Positions 32,720 to 42,230 of a stretch of 64,000 nt of DNA are shown here, one piece after another. The notes beneath the pieces are model-generated. The model was given only the letters and a program-made list of their open reading frames with translations, did not search any database and was not told the DNA's origin. Both the position numbers and the translations under genes were made by a program. Numbering within the stretch: position 1 is the stretch's first letter; each line of letters starts with the position of its first letter. Source of the stretch: an uncultured Nitrospiraceae bacterium (lineage in GTDB: Bacteria > Nitrospirota > Thermodesulfovibrionia > Thermodesulfovibrionales > Dissulfurispiraceae). The stretch is taken from NCBI GenBank assembly GCA_963727805.1, contig CAVSHF010000003.1, positions 1,984,001-2,048,000 of the forward strand. Reading direction: 5' to 3'.

Positions 32720-32884
32720 TTATGAGTTGCAGTTCCGTCGTTCTATCAACTTCCAAGTCTCCTCGTCAAACGCATCCCGGTATCCAGTCGGACTATATAT
32801 ATGGCCGCACCCCGTGCAGCTTAAGATAACGGACGTTCACCCGACGACTAGACTCAATTTTGCATTGCAGCCTCTGCACCGCAA
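32720..32884 (-). CDS. Putative small dual-CxxC selenoprotein (in-frame UGA at 32839-32837)
   Basis: SD GGAGG + TTG: MRCRGCNAKLSLVVG-U-TSVILSCTGCGHIYSPTGYRDAFDEETWKLIERRNCNS; SECIS-like hairpin after UGA; fills the arfB-ykgJ gap. Confidence 0.7.
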
Positions 32885-32903
32885 ATCAACCCCTCCGGAA
32901 TTA

Positions 32904-33323
32904 TTATTCATCGAATGACTTTATCATAGTCCTCATCCTTTTCTTTACTGCCTGGGCAGCCTTGTCGGCAAGCATCTTCTCTTTTGCCCTTTTCGAGCGC
33001 TTCCGCTTCTGTCGACGGATTTTCTCGATCCTCTGAATCTCGTCGCTCTCCAGACCCCTGATCTTCTGCTCGATCTTCTTCACTAGCCATACGCGGGCAA
33101 AATAACGGTTCATAACCTGAGACCGCTCTCTCTGGCATTTCACTTCTATTCCGGTAGGGACATGCTTAAGATAGACGCATGTTGATGTCTTGTTGACATT
33201 CTGACCACCATGCCCGCCCGAGCGCACAAAGGATTCCTCGATATCAGCCTCGCGGATGTTAAGGGCATCCATCTTAGCCTTAAGGGCTTGTTCCTTTGTA
33301 TTTGTAACGGGGAATATGCTCAT
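32904..33323 (-). CDS. arfB: Alternative ribosome rescue factor ArfB-like (GGQ peptidyl-tRNA hydrolase)
   Basis: [19 protein letters not shown], basic C-terminal tail. Confidence 0.85.
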   Translation of the reverse strand: MSIFPVTNTKEQALKAKMDALNIREADIEESFVRSGGHGGQNVNKTSTCVYLKHVPTGIEVKCQRERSQVMNRYFARVWLVKKIEQKIRGLESDEIQRIEKIRRQKRKRSKRAKEKMLADKAAQAVKKRMRTMIKSFDE

Positions 33324-33469
33324 TGTACTGGTCTCATCCTAAATCACCTTTTTTTTATAATAACTAAAAACAGGTAAATAATAAAAATATCAACGGCTGC
33401 TGGGGCACCAAATATTTACAGCTAGGCCCGTTTGGAATGAAAATCGTAATACCCTGTTCACAGATTGGT

Positions 33470-33650
33470 AAGGCCAGGGTAAATACCCAGCTACCACCAA
33501 TGTCCAGCCGCTGATTTTGTTGGAGTAAAGCGAAATGTTTTTTAGTCCTTTAGAAGCAATCAAGCTCTCTGCAGTGCCGATCGAGAGCGCGATAACGAAG
33601 ATCAATGCACAGCTGCCGATGATACAGGCAAAAAGAAGAGTGCTACCGCA
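33470..33650 (-). pseudogene. Possible C-terminal fragment of a CcdA/DsbD-type membrane protein
   Basis: LLFACIIGSCALI..ESLIASKG..KISG resembles the CcdA C-terminal helices; no N-terminal part. Confidence 0.35.
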
Positions 33651-33794
33651 ATGAAGGTCACCTTCTGTCGATGTGCCGTTACCGACCATAGCGGGAGGTC
33701 ATGCAGTAATCCATGCCAAAGTATTATCCTCTTTTAGGACTATCGCCAGTTTGTTGCTATACTTTTTAATAAAATAAATCCAAGGAGGTTTTAT

Positions 33795-34235
33795 ATGGCA
33801 GCTCCAAAAGCACATGCACGAGATCGTGAATTACTTGCTTTGCTCAGAAAATGGAAAGGTGTTGAAGCAAGTACAATTAAAAGCTGTAATGCGATCCTCA
33901 AAAAGGCGAAGAACCCCATCATGATCACCCTGACAACAGCGATCAGAAACGATTCGGAAAAGCATGCGTCGATACTCCAACTAGTCATCGACAGTATGAC
34001 CAAAATGGCTTATGAACTTTCACCTGACGATCTGGCCGGCGTCTCTTCACTGCTCAACAAGCATATCGATCTCGAGCAGGAATCGATTGATACTGCGAAT
34101 AAGGCGATCGAAATGACACGAGATGGCGTCACAAAACAGCTTCTTAAGCTCATTCTCGAAGACGAAAAGAAGCACAAGATGATGGCAACCCGAATGAGCG
34201 AGCTGAAATACAGGATCACCGCAGCCATTCCGTAA
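33795..34235 (+). CDS. Ferritin-like (rubrerythrin-type) protein
   Basis: DSEKH and DEKKH ExxH motifs; SD AGGAGG. Confidence 0.75.
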   Translation: MAAPKAHARDRELLALLRKWKGVEASTIKSCNAILKKAKNPIMITLTTAIRNDSEKHASILQLVIDSMTKMAYELSPDDLAGVSSLLNKHIDLEQESIDTANKAIEMTRDGVTKQLLKLILEDEKKHKMMATRMSELKYRITAAIP

Positions 34236-34364
34236 ATCATCGCAGAACGGGGGGCGGTCCTCAAACCGCCCCCGTCACAGTCCTGCCTCGTTATTACATG
34301 TATTTCCTCCATCGGTCTATGCTACAATTAATCAACATCATTTCGTTTGGAGAAAAGACCAATT

Positions 34365-35084
34365 ATGTCACACCGACCGCTAGAGATCGATAAAACAGGC
34401 GGCAAGTCCGTCGACCCGCAGGACAACGCTCGGTCTACACAACCCAATCTATCGAACAGCTCCTTCAACAAAGTCTTCGCCGCGTCATTCAAGCAGATGG
34501 AGAATATGCAGGTTGTCTTCAAGAAGAACCTTTTCAGTCCCGCCGTTTCAACCCCCATTCGCTCGGCCCCTGTTCAGACTCCCACAGATTCTGGATTCAA
34601 GGATATCGTCAAGATCGTCATGAAGCACGAAGGCACCGGATACGTCAAGATGGATGGGGGGAAGGAATCTTCGAAGATGGGCATTCTCCAGTCAACCGCT
34701 GGGGAATACGGATATAGGGGTGATATCAGGAATATTTCAAAGGCCGAAGCAGAGGCAATCTACAAGAAGATATGGGACAAATCGGGGGCGGCCAACCTGC
34801 CTTACCCGCTGAGCGTTGTCCATTTCGATACTTATGTAAATAGTCCCTCTGCCGCGAGGAAAATCCTGAATAAGTCAGGTGGCGATATTGATGCCTACCT
34901 TAAGATGAGGGAAGACCGTTTTATTCGACTTGCATCGGCAAAACCCGAGAAATACGGCAAGTATCTCAACGGATGGATTAACCGAGTCAACAGCCTCAGA
35001 TCAGTGGTTACGGAATACGCGATGACGACCGATGCCGCAAAAAGCAAAATGGCTGCTACGACTAATACGCGCACAACCGCATAG
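34365..35084 (+). CDS. Glycoside hydrolase family 108-like muramidase
   Basis: HEGTGYV..DGGKESSKMGI, AEAIYKKIW, HFDTYVN, YLNGWINRV. Confidence 0.7.
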   Translation: MSHRPLEIDKTGGKSVDPQDNARSTQPNLSNSSFNKVFAASFKQMENMQVVFKKNLFSPAVSTPIRSAPVQTPTDSGFKDIVKIVMKHEGTGYVKMDGGKESSKMGILQSTAGEYGYRGDIRNISKAEAEAIYKKIWDKSGAANLPYPLSVVHFDTYVNSPSAARKILNKSGGDIDAYLKMREDRFIRLASAKPEKYGKYLNGWINRVNSLRSVVTEYAMTTDAAKSKMAATTNTRTTA

Positions 35085-35113
35085 TTTCGCCCAGTCCGAC
35101 AGGGGTATCAAAC

Positions 35114-35620
35114 TTAGACTACGATGATATCCAGCCGTTCAGGCCCGTGCACTCCGATCGCAAGTCCAAGTTCCACATCCACGGTACAACTGGGGCCCGT
35201 TATCAATGTTATGTTTGTTGGCATTGATGCCGAATATTTCTTAAAGAAGTCGTCGAGAGTGACGAATATCTTTTCACGGGGAACAATTGCTATATGACGC
35301 GATGGGAGAAGGCTTGCCTGCACGGCCTTCCCACCGCTACTGTCGCAGACAATACTGCCTGTTTCCGCAATAGCGGCGGAAACTTCTTCTACTGTTATCT
35401 TGGCTGAACCGTAATCAGCGACTATTCTAGAGAGCTTGCCTGCTGCCGCCTTTTCGAGCTTCGTCGACCGCGGACAAAAAACCGATGCTCCTTTAGGCAC
35501 TAATTCCAAGACCTTATCCGCCAGCTTTTCCTTGTCTTTTAGCCGACATGCTCCCGCCGCTGCCCTTGCCGCGTTCGCCAAAAAAAGGGATATCTTGTCA
35601 ATCTTTACAATATCGTTCAT
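35114..35620 (-). CDS. lutC: Lactate utilization protein C (LUD domain)
   Basis: AIAETGSI, LLPSRHI, ITGPS.T.D.E..GVHGP. Confidence 0.85.
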   Translation of the reverse strand: MNDIVKIDKISLFLANAARAAAGACRLKDKEKLADKVLELVPKGASVFCPRSTKLEKAAAGKLSRIVADYGSAKITVEEVSAAIAETGSIVCDSSGGKAVQASLLPSRHIAIVPREKIFVTLDDFFKKYSASMPTNITLITGPSCTVDVELGLAIGVHGPERLDIIVV

Positions 35621-36981
35621 TCCATCCTTCTCCTGAAGGGCATCTTCACCGGCTCAGGAAGTCTTCCGGTGATGTCTTCACCGCCCAAACTGCTCAAGAC
35701 AGGCCAGAATATTTTTGCGAGCCCCTCTCCTGAAGAAAAGAGAAACGGCGATCTTGCAGCCGCCTCAAATACACGCATCCCGAGCTTTTCCTTCACAGGG
35801 GAAAACCCTTCCGAAACCTTCCGCACACGCAGTTTATGAATAAGTTCTACAATTGGTATTTTCACCGGGCAGACATCATCGCAGGCTCCACAGAACGTAC
35901 TCGCACTTACAAGCGGGTGTGAGTTCGCGAGGCCCGTTAGCAGGGTCGTGAGAATTATCCCCATTGGTCCGGGGTATATCCAGCCGTAGGAATCACCGCC
36001 CACAGTGCGGTACACAGGACAGACATTGATGCAGGCCCCGCACTTAATGCACTTGAGAATGTCCCTGCATTCGCCGGCGAGTATTTCCGACCGGCCATTG
36101 TCAAGAAGAATAATATGAAGCTCTCCGGCACCCGTCATCTCACCGTCTTTTCGGGTGCCGGTAATCATCGAAACATAGCTTGTTATCGCCTGACCCGTAG
36201 CAGAACGGGGTAAAAGCCTAATAAAAGCAGGGAGGTCTTTCAGCGAAGGGAGCAGTTTTTCTATCGAGAGCACGGCAATGTGCAGCGCCGGTACCGTCGT
36301 TACCATACGGCCGTTCCCTTCGTTGCTAAACAGGACAAGACTCCCCGTGTCTGCTATTGCAAAGTTCGCCCCCGATATGCCAGCATCGGCACTCAGAAAT
36401 TTCTCACGTAGTACCTTTCTGGCGATCTTCGTAAGGACCTGTGAGTCTTCGGAATATCCGACGCCAAGCTTGTCTGCAAAAAGTCGTCCGACCTGCCGTC
36501 TGCTCTTTTGGATCGCCGGCACGATCATATGGGAAGGAGCTTCGCCCGCCATCTGTAGTATATAGTCGCCAAGGGCCGTCTCGATGACCTCGACGCCCTC
36601 TTTCCCAAGGTACTCATCAAGTTGCATCTCTTCGGAGATCATCGACTTACCTTTCACCACAGTCTTTGCATTATGATCACTGAGTATGTCTACGATAGTC
36701 CTTCGAGCTGCCGCCGCATCAACGGCATGGTGCACAGTCGCCCCAGCCTTCGTCGCATTAGAAGAGAATATGTCCAGATACATCCCGATGTTGTCTAGCA
36801 CATCCTTTCTCACTGCAGATGCCTTTTTGCGAAGCGATTCGAAATCGGCTATTTCGGAAATTGATATGGTCCTCTTTGAGCTGAATGTTCCGGTAGCCGT
36901 CTTCACGACACTGCGAAGGGAAGAATCGGCAATTGCCCTAACGGCATTTGCCCTGAAGTGCAAACTCGTCTGTCTGCTCAT
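35617..36981 (-). CDS. lutB: Lactate utilization Fe-S protein B
   Basis: KGKSMISEE, NEGNGR, LPRSATGQ, CIKCGACINVCP; ATG at 36981 with GGAGG SD. Confidence 0.9.
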   Translation of the reverse strand: MSRQTSLHFRANAVRAIADSSLRSVVKTATGTFSSKRTISISEIADFESLRKKASAVRKDVLDNIGMYLDIFSSNATKAGATVHHAVDAAAARRTIVDILSDHNAKTVVKGKSMISEEMQLDEYLGKEGVEVIETALGDYILQMAGEAPSHMIVPAIQKSRRQVGRLFADKLGVGYSEDSQVLTKIARKVLREKFLSADAGISGANFAIADTGSLVLFSNEGNGRMVTTVPALHIAVLSIEKLLPSLKDLPAFIRLLPRSATGQAITSYVSMITGTRKDGEMTGAGELHIILLDNGRSEILAGECRDILKCIKCGACINVCPVYRTVGGDSYGWIYPGPMGIILTTLLTGLANSHPLVSASTFCGACDDVCPVKIPIVELIHKLRVRKVSEGFSPVKEKLGMRVFEAAARSPFLFSSGEGLAKIFWPVLSSLGGEDITGRLPEPVKMPFRRRME

Positions 36982-37700
36982 ATGCCCTCCGCGATAAGCT
37001 CTGCGATGTGTTTTACCCTCACCGCGCTGCCACGCTTCTTCAGTGCATCGGAGATGTTCATCAGACATCCGCAGTCGCAACCAGTCACCGTATCCGCACC
37101 CGTTGAAATAATGTCCGCCGCTTTTTCGTCAGCAAGAGCATAAGAGATTTCAGGCAGCTTTGCCATAAACATACCCCCAAAGCCACAGCAGCGGGTAGCA
37201 TCAGGAAGTGGAACTAGCTCGAGACCCTGCATGGCCTTAAGAAGCACAAGTGGCTCCCTCCGCACTCCGAGCACTCGCGTAAGATGACACGATGGATGAT
37301 AGGTGACCTTTCCGTTTCGAGTAAGATCGGTTTCATGCACACGCAACACGTGGACCAGAAACTGGGTGAGTTCGTAAACTCGACCGGCAACTTTGTCAGC
37401 AACAGCCCGAAGAGTTGTTTTTTCGCGAAAAAACTCGGGGTAACGATATTTGACCATTGCAGCGCACGAACCGGAAGGGGTGACAATAAGGTCGGCTCCA
37501 GAAAATACCGACAGGAAATGCTCTGCCGCGCCCTTCGCCTCTTCATGATATCCCGCATTATAGGCTGGCTGACCGCAGCAGGTCTGCCCTTTGGGGAAAG
37601 AGACATCGACTCCGAACTTGTTGAAAATACGCAACATCGCCTCACCAACTTCCGGGTAAAAAGAGTCTACGAGGCAAGTCCCAAAAAGTTGAATGCGCAT
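36978..37700 (-). CDS. lutA: Lactate utilization protein A (CCG domains)
   Basis: FGTCLVD, QTCCGQP, PSGSC, YHPSCH, CCGFGG. Confidence 0.9.
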   Translation of the reverse strand: MRIQLFGTCLVDSFYPEVGEAMLRIFNKFGVDVSFPKGQTCCGQPAYNAGYHEEAKGAAEHFLSVFSGADLIVTPSGSCAAMVKYRYPEFFREKTTLRAVADKVAGRVYELTQFLVHVLRVHETDLTRNGKVTYHPSCHLTRVLGVRREPLVLLKAMQGLELVPLPDATRCCGFGGMFMAKLPEISYALADEKAADIISTGADTVTGCDCGCLMNISDALKKRGSAVRVKHIAELIAEGI

Positions 37701-37913
37701 GAGCCTCCTTTCGCTGTGATTGCAGCTATGACTAAGGTGTCTGCTCTAAAAACAGAAAGTCACAATCCTTGTGTCGATATCAGTGTCGGGTAGTATGTTA
37801 GAGAAACGCCCACTTTATAATAACAAAACTGGACATTTCAGATATGAAATTCTTATCGGATTATTTCTGGCAATCATGGTTGTCCCGGGTAAACAATACC
37901 CGGTGCAGCGGCG

Positions 37914-37960
37914 TTGTCAAAAAAAAGAGCCGTGATAAATCACGGCCCTTTTTTGTCAAC
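37914..37960. terminator. Bidirectional terminator hairpin
   Basis: A-run gagccgtgat-aa-atcacggccc T-run. Confidence 0.7.
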
Positions 37961-37971
37961 ATCCTGCGCAG

Positions 37972-38319
37972 CTACTTGCCTTCGCCGACATCAACATTTT
38001 CTTCGTTGTGTTTCTTTTCGTAGATTTTCTTGCTAGCCTTATTCTGCCTTCTTTTCGGTTTTACCCGCTCCTTTTTGGTAAGTTGGCCATCCGATTTCAT
38101 GCGCTCTTCGTCTTGCTTGATCTTGGCTTCCCGAGCCTCAAGTTTACCTGCTTCCTTGGGGGGCAGTTGACCGCTCTTAACGCCCTGATCAATTCTCCTG
38201 TCCTGGATGGCTTCGCTCTTCTGAATGCCCGGATCGTCTGTTGATGCTGCAAACGCAGGCGCGACTGCCAGCATAAATGCAATGCTCCCCGTGAGAATCG
38301 TGGTCATGATCTCTGTCAT
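37972..38319 (-). CDS. Small secreted basic protein of unknown function
   Basis: Signal peptide (APAFA); QDRRIDQGVKSGQL..DGQLT motif; SD AGGAG. Confidence 0.75.
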   Translation of the reverse strand: MTEIMTTILTGSIAFMLAVAPAFAASTDDPGIQKSEAIQDRRIDQGVKSGQLPPKEAGKLEAREAKIKQDEERMKSDGQLTKKERVKPKRRQNKASKKIYEKKHNEENVDVGEGK

Positions 38320-38485
38320 AACAACTCCTTTATGCGGATCTGTTTTTGAGGTGACACCTCGTTGATTATCTCACCTGAAGCTTATCAAATCATTATGAAC
38401 TTATAATGAAAACATTGTGAAAGAGTGTGAGCCAAGCAACACGAGGGGAGAAATACGATATGTGCGAAAATTTGTTATTTCTTTT

Positions 38486-40381
38486 TCAATAAGAAATATT
38501 CTGCTCCGTCGGTATGTCGTCCTCTATCTCTGCAATATATCTTGATCGAGAAGCGAACACCGCATCGCCGTAGCGTCTTCGGTACATTGACGAACTGAGA
38601 TAGAGCCTTTCCTTTGCCCTTGTAACCGCAACATAGAACAGCCTTCGTTCCTCTTCAAGCGCTTGAGGATGGTCCAGCGATCGCGCTGAGGGGAATATAG
38701 CTTCTTCAAGCGCCACGACGAAAACAACAGGGAATTCGAGTCCTTTAGCGGCGTGGATGGTCAGGACCTTAACCGCATCCGACGGCCCGATTCTATCTTG
38801 TTCGGAAGCGAGGATGGTATCTTCAAGAAATTGCGAAAAGAGCTTCCCTTCTGATTCTATCGCCTTGAGCACGTTGGCAAGTTCAGATACGTTTCCCTGC
38901 CGCTCCTCGAAATCCTCCTTATAGTGTAGCGCGAGATATTTCTCATATTGGATGTCTCTCAGGAGCTCCATAAGGACGGTATAGGGCTTATTATCCACAA
39001 GAGAGCAATAGGCATCGATCAGCGAGATGAAGCTGTCGGCCCTGGCCCGCTGCCTCGGCGGCAGTCTAGTGTCGCGCAGCGCCTGCAGCCAGTCCTCGGA
39101 AAAATTGCCCCTGATATTTGCTATAGTCTTCGTACCTATAGACCGGGGCGGAGCATTAATGCTCCTCTCAAAGGCAGCCCTGTCCTTTCTGTTCAGCATC
39201 AGACGGAGATAGGCTAGAAGGTCTTTTACCTCGGCTCTTTCGTAAAAGGCGGCGCCGCCGATGATCTCATAAGGGATGCCGGTATTCATGAACGAATGCT
39301 CAAAACCACGCGACACAAAGGACATCCTCATAAGTATCGCCATATCCGAATACTGGTAGCCTATGTCCACGAGCTTCCTGATCCGAGACGCAATAGAGCC
39401 GCACTCGGCGATGTTATCGCTGTTTTTGGTATACAGAATTTCACCATCATCACACCGGTCGGTCGAAAGTTTCAGGATCTTCCCTTCCCACATCATATCG
39501 GCTTTTGCTATGACTTTATTTGCAACATCAAGAATCGCCTGCGTCGAACGGTAGTTCTTTTCAAGCTTTTTCTCGGCAGCACTGAAGTCCTTCGTAAAGT
39601 TCAGGATGTTGAGTGGATGCGCTCCTCTCCATGTGTAGATGCACTGCTGAGGATCCCCGACCACACAGATGTCGCCTCTCTCGCTGACGAGGAGGTTGAT
39701 GAGGAGGTACTGGATCTTGTTTGTATCCTGGTATTCGTCAACAAGGATATAATCGAACCTCTCCTGCCAATGCCTTCTAATGTCAGGTTTTTTCGAAAAG
39801 AGATCGACTGCGAGATAGATAATATCATCGTAATCGAGTGCGTTGCTCTTTTCCATCTCGACGAGATAATGCGCCGCCACTGGAGCAAAGCCGGACATCG
39901 GATAGGGGAGGCTGCCTATATAATCGACAATGTCGCTACGGTAATCCTGCTTCGCCTTGGAGAGAACCCCCTTAGCCGCATCAGCGTGCTTGATATCCAT
40001 ACCGCCCTCTCGCAGGATATCCTTAATGACTTTTATACTGTCATGCTCATCGTAAATGGCGAAGTTTTTGTCGTAATTTCCCTCAAGGGCGGTGATATTT
40101 TCTCTCAGAACCCTCACGCAGAAAGAGTGGAATGTAGATATCCATTTAGGCTTTACCGAAAGAAGGCGCTCGACTCTCTCTTGCATTTCACGGGCGGCCT
40201 TTTTGGTAAAGGTGATGGCGAGTATCCGGTTCGCCCTGATGCCCTTCTCTTTGATTAGCCATGCGATTTTTGTCGTAATGACCCTTGTCTTGCCGGAGCC
40301 GGCGCCTGCAAGCACCAGGAGAGGCGAGCCGAAATGCTCGACCGCCTCCTTCTGTTGTCTATTCAAACCGTCAGTTATCAA
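38486..40381 (-). CDS. pcrA: UvrD/PcrA-family ATP-dependent DNA helicase
   Basis: AGAGSGKT, ITFTKKAA, VDEYQD, VGDPQQ, NYRS, TIHAAKGLEF, EERRLFYVAVTRA. Confidence 0.9.
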   Translation of the reverse strand: MITDGLNRQQKEAVEHFGSPLLVLAGAGSGKTRVITTKIAWLIKEKGIRANRILAITFTKKAAREMQERVERLLSVKPKWISTFHSFCVRVLRENITALEGNYDKNFAIYDEHDSIKVIKDILREGGMDIKHADAAKGVLSKAKQDYRSDIVDYIGSLPYPMSGFAPVAAHYLVEMEKSNALDYDDIIYLAVDLFSKKPDIRRHWQERFDYILVDEYQDTNKIQYLLINLLVSERGDICVVGDPQQCIYTWRGAHPLNILNFTKDFSAAEKKLEKNYRSTQAILDVANKVIAKADMMWEGKILKLSTDRCDDGEILYTKNSDNIAECGSIASRIRKLVDIGYQYSDMAILMRMSFVSRGFEHSFMNTGIPYEIIGGAAFYERAEVKDLLAYLRLMLNRKDRAAFERSINAPPRSIGTKTIANIRGNFSEDWLQALRDTRLPPRQRARADSFISLIDAYCSLVDNKPYTVLMELLRDIQYEKYLALHYKEDFEERQGNVSELANVLKAIESEGKLFSQFLEDTILASEQDRIGPSDAVKVLTIHAAKGLEFPVVFVVALEEAIFPSARSLDHPQALEEERRLFYVAVTRAKERLYLSSSMYRRRYGDAVFASRSRYIAEIEDDIPTEQNISY

Positions 40382-41769
40382 CTGTTCCCCTCTTCAACCT
40401 TATCGACGACAAAGCTGCTCCCTCGGTGGGATTTTGCACATTCCTTCAATTCGGCCGCTATTTCTCCGACCTGCAGTGGATCTCTCAGCTCACGTTCGAG
40501 GTTGGTCACAACCCCTATCGAGATCGACATGAGCGGAAAGGCCATCTCGTCGCCCTGGCGCGTCTTGCCCATAATGAAACCCTGCGTCCGGTCTTCAGGG
40601 CTATAGAAATCAGGGACCGTTCTGTCAAAGGCCTCGATTACAGTGCAGCATATTCTTTCGTACCTGGTAGGTCTTGTGATAACGACAAAGTCGTCGCCTC
40701 CGACATGTCCCAAGAAATCCTCTTGTGTGCCGTGCTCGGCAAGGGCCGACTCGATGATTTGCGCCGTTGCCTTGATGACCTCGCTGCCTCGGGCATAACC
40801 ATATTTGTCGCCAAAAGCCTTGAAGTTGTCTAGATCAAAATGGCAGAACGCAATGGGTCCGCCTTCTTCAAGCTTGCTCCTGAGCGTATTCTCTATCGCT
40901 ATATTACCGGGCATCCTTGTGAGGGGGCTCATATCGACTAGTATTTGTTCGAGCTTCCTGAGCCTTCCAGCCATCTCGGAAAAATACATCGAGAGTTCTC
41001 CCAGTTCGTCATGGCTCTTCACCTCCGGGAGATTTTCAAAATCACCCTTTGCCACCCGTTTCGTCGCGATCTTGAGCTTCCGTATCGACCCGGCGATATT
41101 ACGAGTGATCAGACCAGTGGTGACGAGCGCGAGAATAACAAAGAGGATACTGAGGCTTATGATCGACTGATACGCTTTCTCTCCAATCTCGGAAGAGCGT
41201 CGGCTTTGTCTGTTCTGGTTCCTGACAGAGTCATTTGATATCTTTTTGATCGAATCGGTCAGAGCTGCCTGCCTGTTCCGTATAGTATTATCGATTTCCT
41301 GAGAGCGTGGAGATACGGGGCTGCCTTTATATTCAAACATCTTTTGGAAAGCATCGCTATATTCCGCATGGAGTGATATAAGCTTGTCCACTGAATAATC
41401 CTTCTTGCCAAGCAGCACCTTCAGCTCATCGGCGCGAGAATCGAATTCCTCGGTCTTTTTCTGATAGAGATCGAGCAGTTCCGAACTTTGCAAAAGAGCG
41501 TATCGGCGGCCCCAGAGTTCCTGGGCAAGGACAGCGTCGATCATCTTGTCAGAAAGTTCGATAACCTGAACGTCGACTCCTACGATGCCTTTATTGATAT
41601 CATTCAATTTCTTGAGACTCGAAAGGGCTAGTGCTGCGATCAGGACGATCACGACCGAGAGGCCGAGGTAGGCAATGACCATCTTGGCCGCGATGGTGAA
41701 GCGGAAGAAAGGCAGCCGCGATGGAGTCTTATCTAGAGATTTCTTTCCCGGAATATTCATGGTCATCAC
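40378..41769 (-). CDS. Membrane sensor with periplasmic 4-helix domain, HAMP and GGDEF (GGDDF) domain
   Basis: Two TM helices; DELGELS HAMP; SPLTRMPG, DLDNFK, HVGGDDF, SISIG. Confidence 0.88.
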   Translation of the reverse strand: MMTMNIPGKKSLDKTPSRLPFFRFTIAAKMVIAYLGLSVVIVLIAALALSSLKKLNDINKGIVGVDVQVIELSDKMIDAVLAQELWGRRYALLQSSELLDLYQKKTEEFDSRADELKVLLGKKDYSVDKLISLHAEYSDAFQKMFEYKGSPVSPRSQEIDNTIRNRQAALTDSIKKISNDSVRNQNRQSRRSSEIGEKAYQSIISLSILFVILALVTTGLITRNIAGSIRKLKIATKRVAKGDFENLPEVKSHDELGELSMYFSEMAGRLRKLEQILVDMSPLTRMPGNIAIENTLRSKLEEGGPIAFCHFDLDNFKAFGDKYGYARGSEVIKATAQIIESALAEHGTQEDFLGHVGGDDFVVITRPTRYERICCTVIEAFDRTVPDFYSPEDRTQGFIMGKTRQGDEMAFPLMSISIGVVTNLERELRDPLQVGEIAAELKECAKSHRGSSFVVDKVEEGNS

Positions 41770-41864
41770 CTCAAATTTTTATTATAACCCAAATCGACCT
41801 TGTGGCTGGCATAAAACGACAAGGCGATCGTTTGACTTTTTCGACGGATTTTGCGGACAATATA

Positions 41865-42040
41865 TGCTATCAGGTGCTGAAAGCTTAATAGGGAATCCCG
41901 TGAGGGCATAGAGCCCAATCCGGGAGCGGTCCCGCCGCTGTGACCGGGGACGAAAGCCGACTGAGCCACTGTCTTAATTCAGGAGACGGGAAGGCCGGTA
42001 AGTAGGATAATCCGGGAGCCAGAAGACCTGCCTGAAAATA
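41865..42040 (+). promoter_or_regulatory. Cobalamin (AdoCbl) riboswitch
   Basis: AGGTG..AATAGGGAA.CCGTGA..CCCGCCGCTGTGA..GCCACTG..GGGAAGG..GAGCCAGAAGACCTGCC (B12 box). Confidence 0.95.
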
Positions 42041-42178
42041 GAGAAGTCAGAAACCGGTATCAGTTAGCAAAGAATGAGCCTGTCGATCGCAGCCTCATTC
42101 TGTAATATTGATAACGCTTACCGATTCTGATTAACTCCTTCTCGCGGATAGAAGGTGGGGATGAAGGAAACAGGGTGC

Positions 42179-42216
42179 AATCCTCAGGGCTCATTCGCTC
42201 TGAGGATTTTTTATTT
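42179..42216 (+). terminator. Attenuator hairpin of the cobalamin riboswitch leader
   Basis: aatcctcagggc / gctctgaggatt plus T-run, just upstream of the SD of 42231. Confidence 0.75.
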
Positions 42217-42230
42217 AATAGGAGGCTTCG

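Noticed and set aside
37930..37945. CGTGA..TCACG as a CRP site
   Set aside because: Spacer is 4 nt, not 6, and it forms the stem of a terminator hairpin
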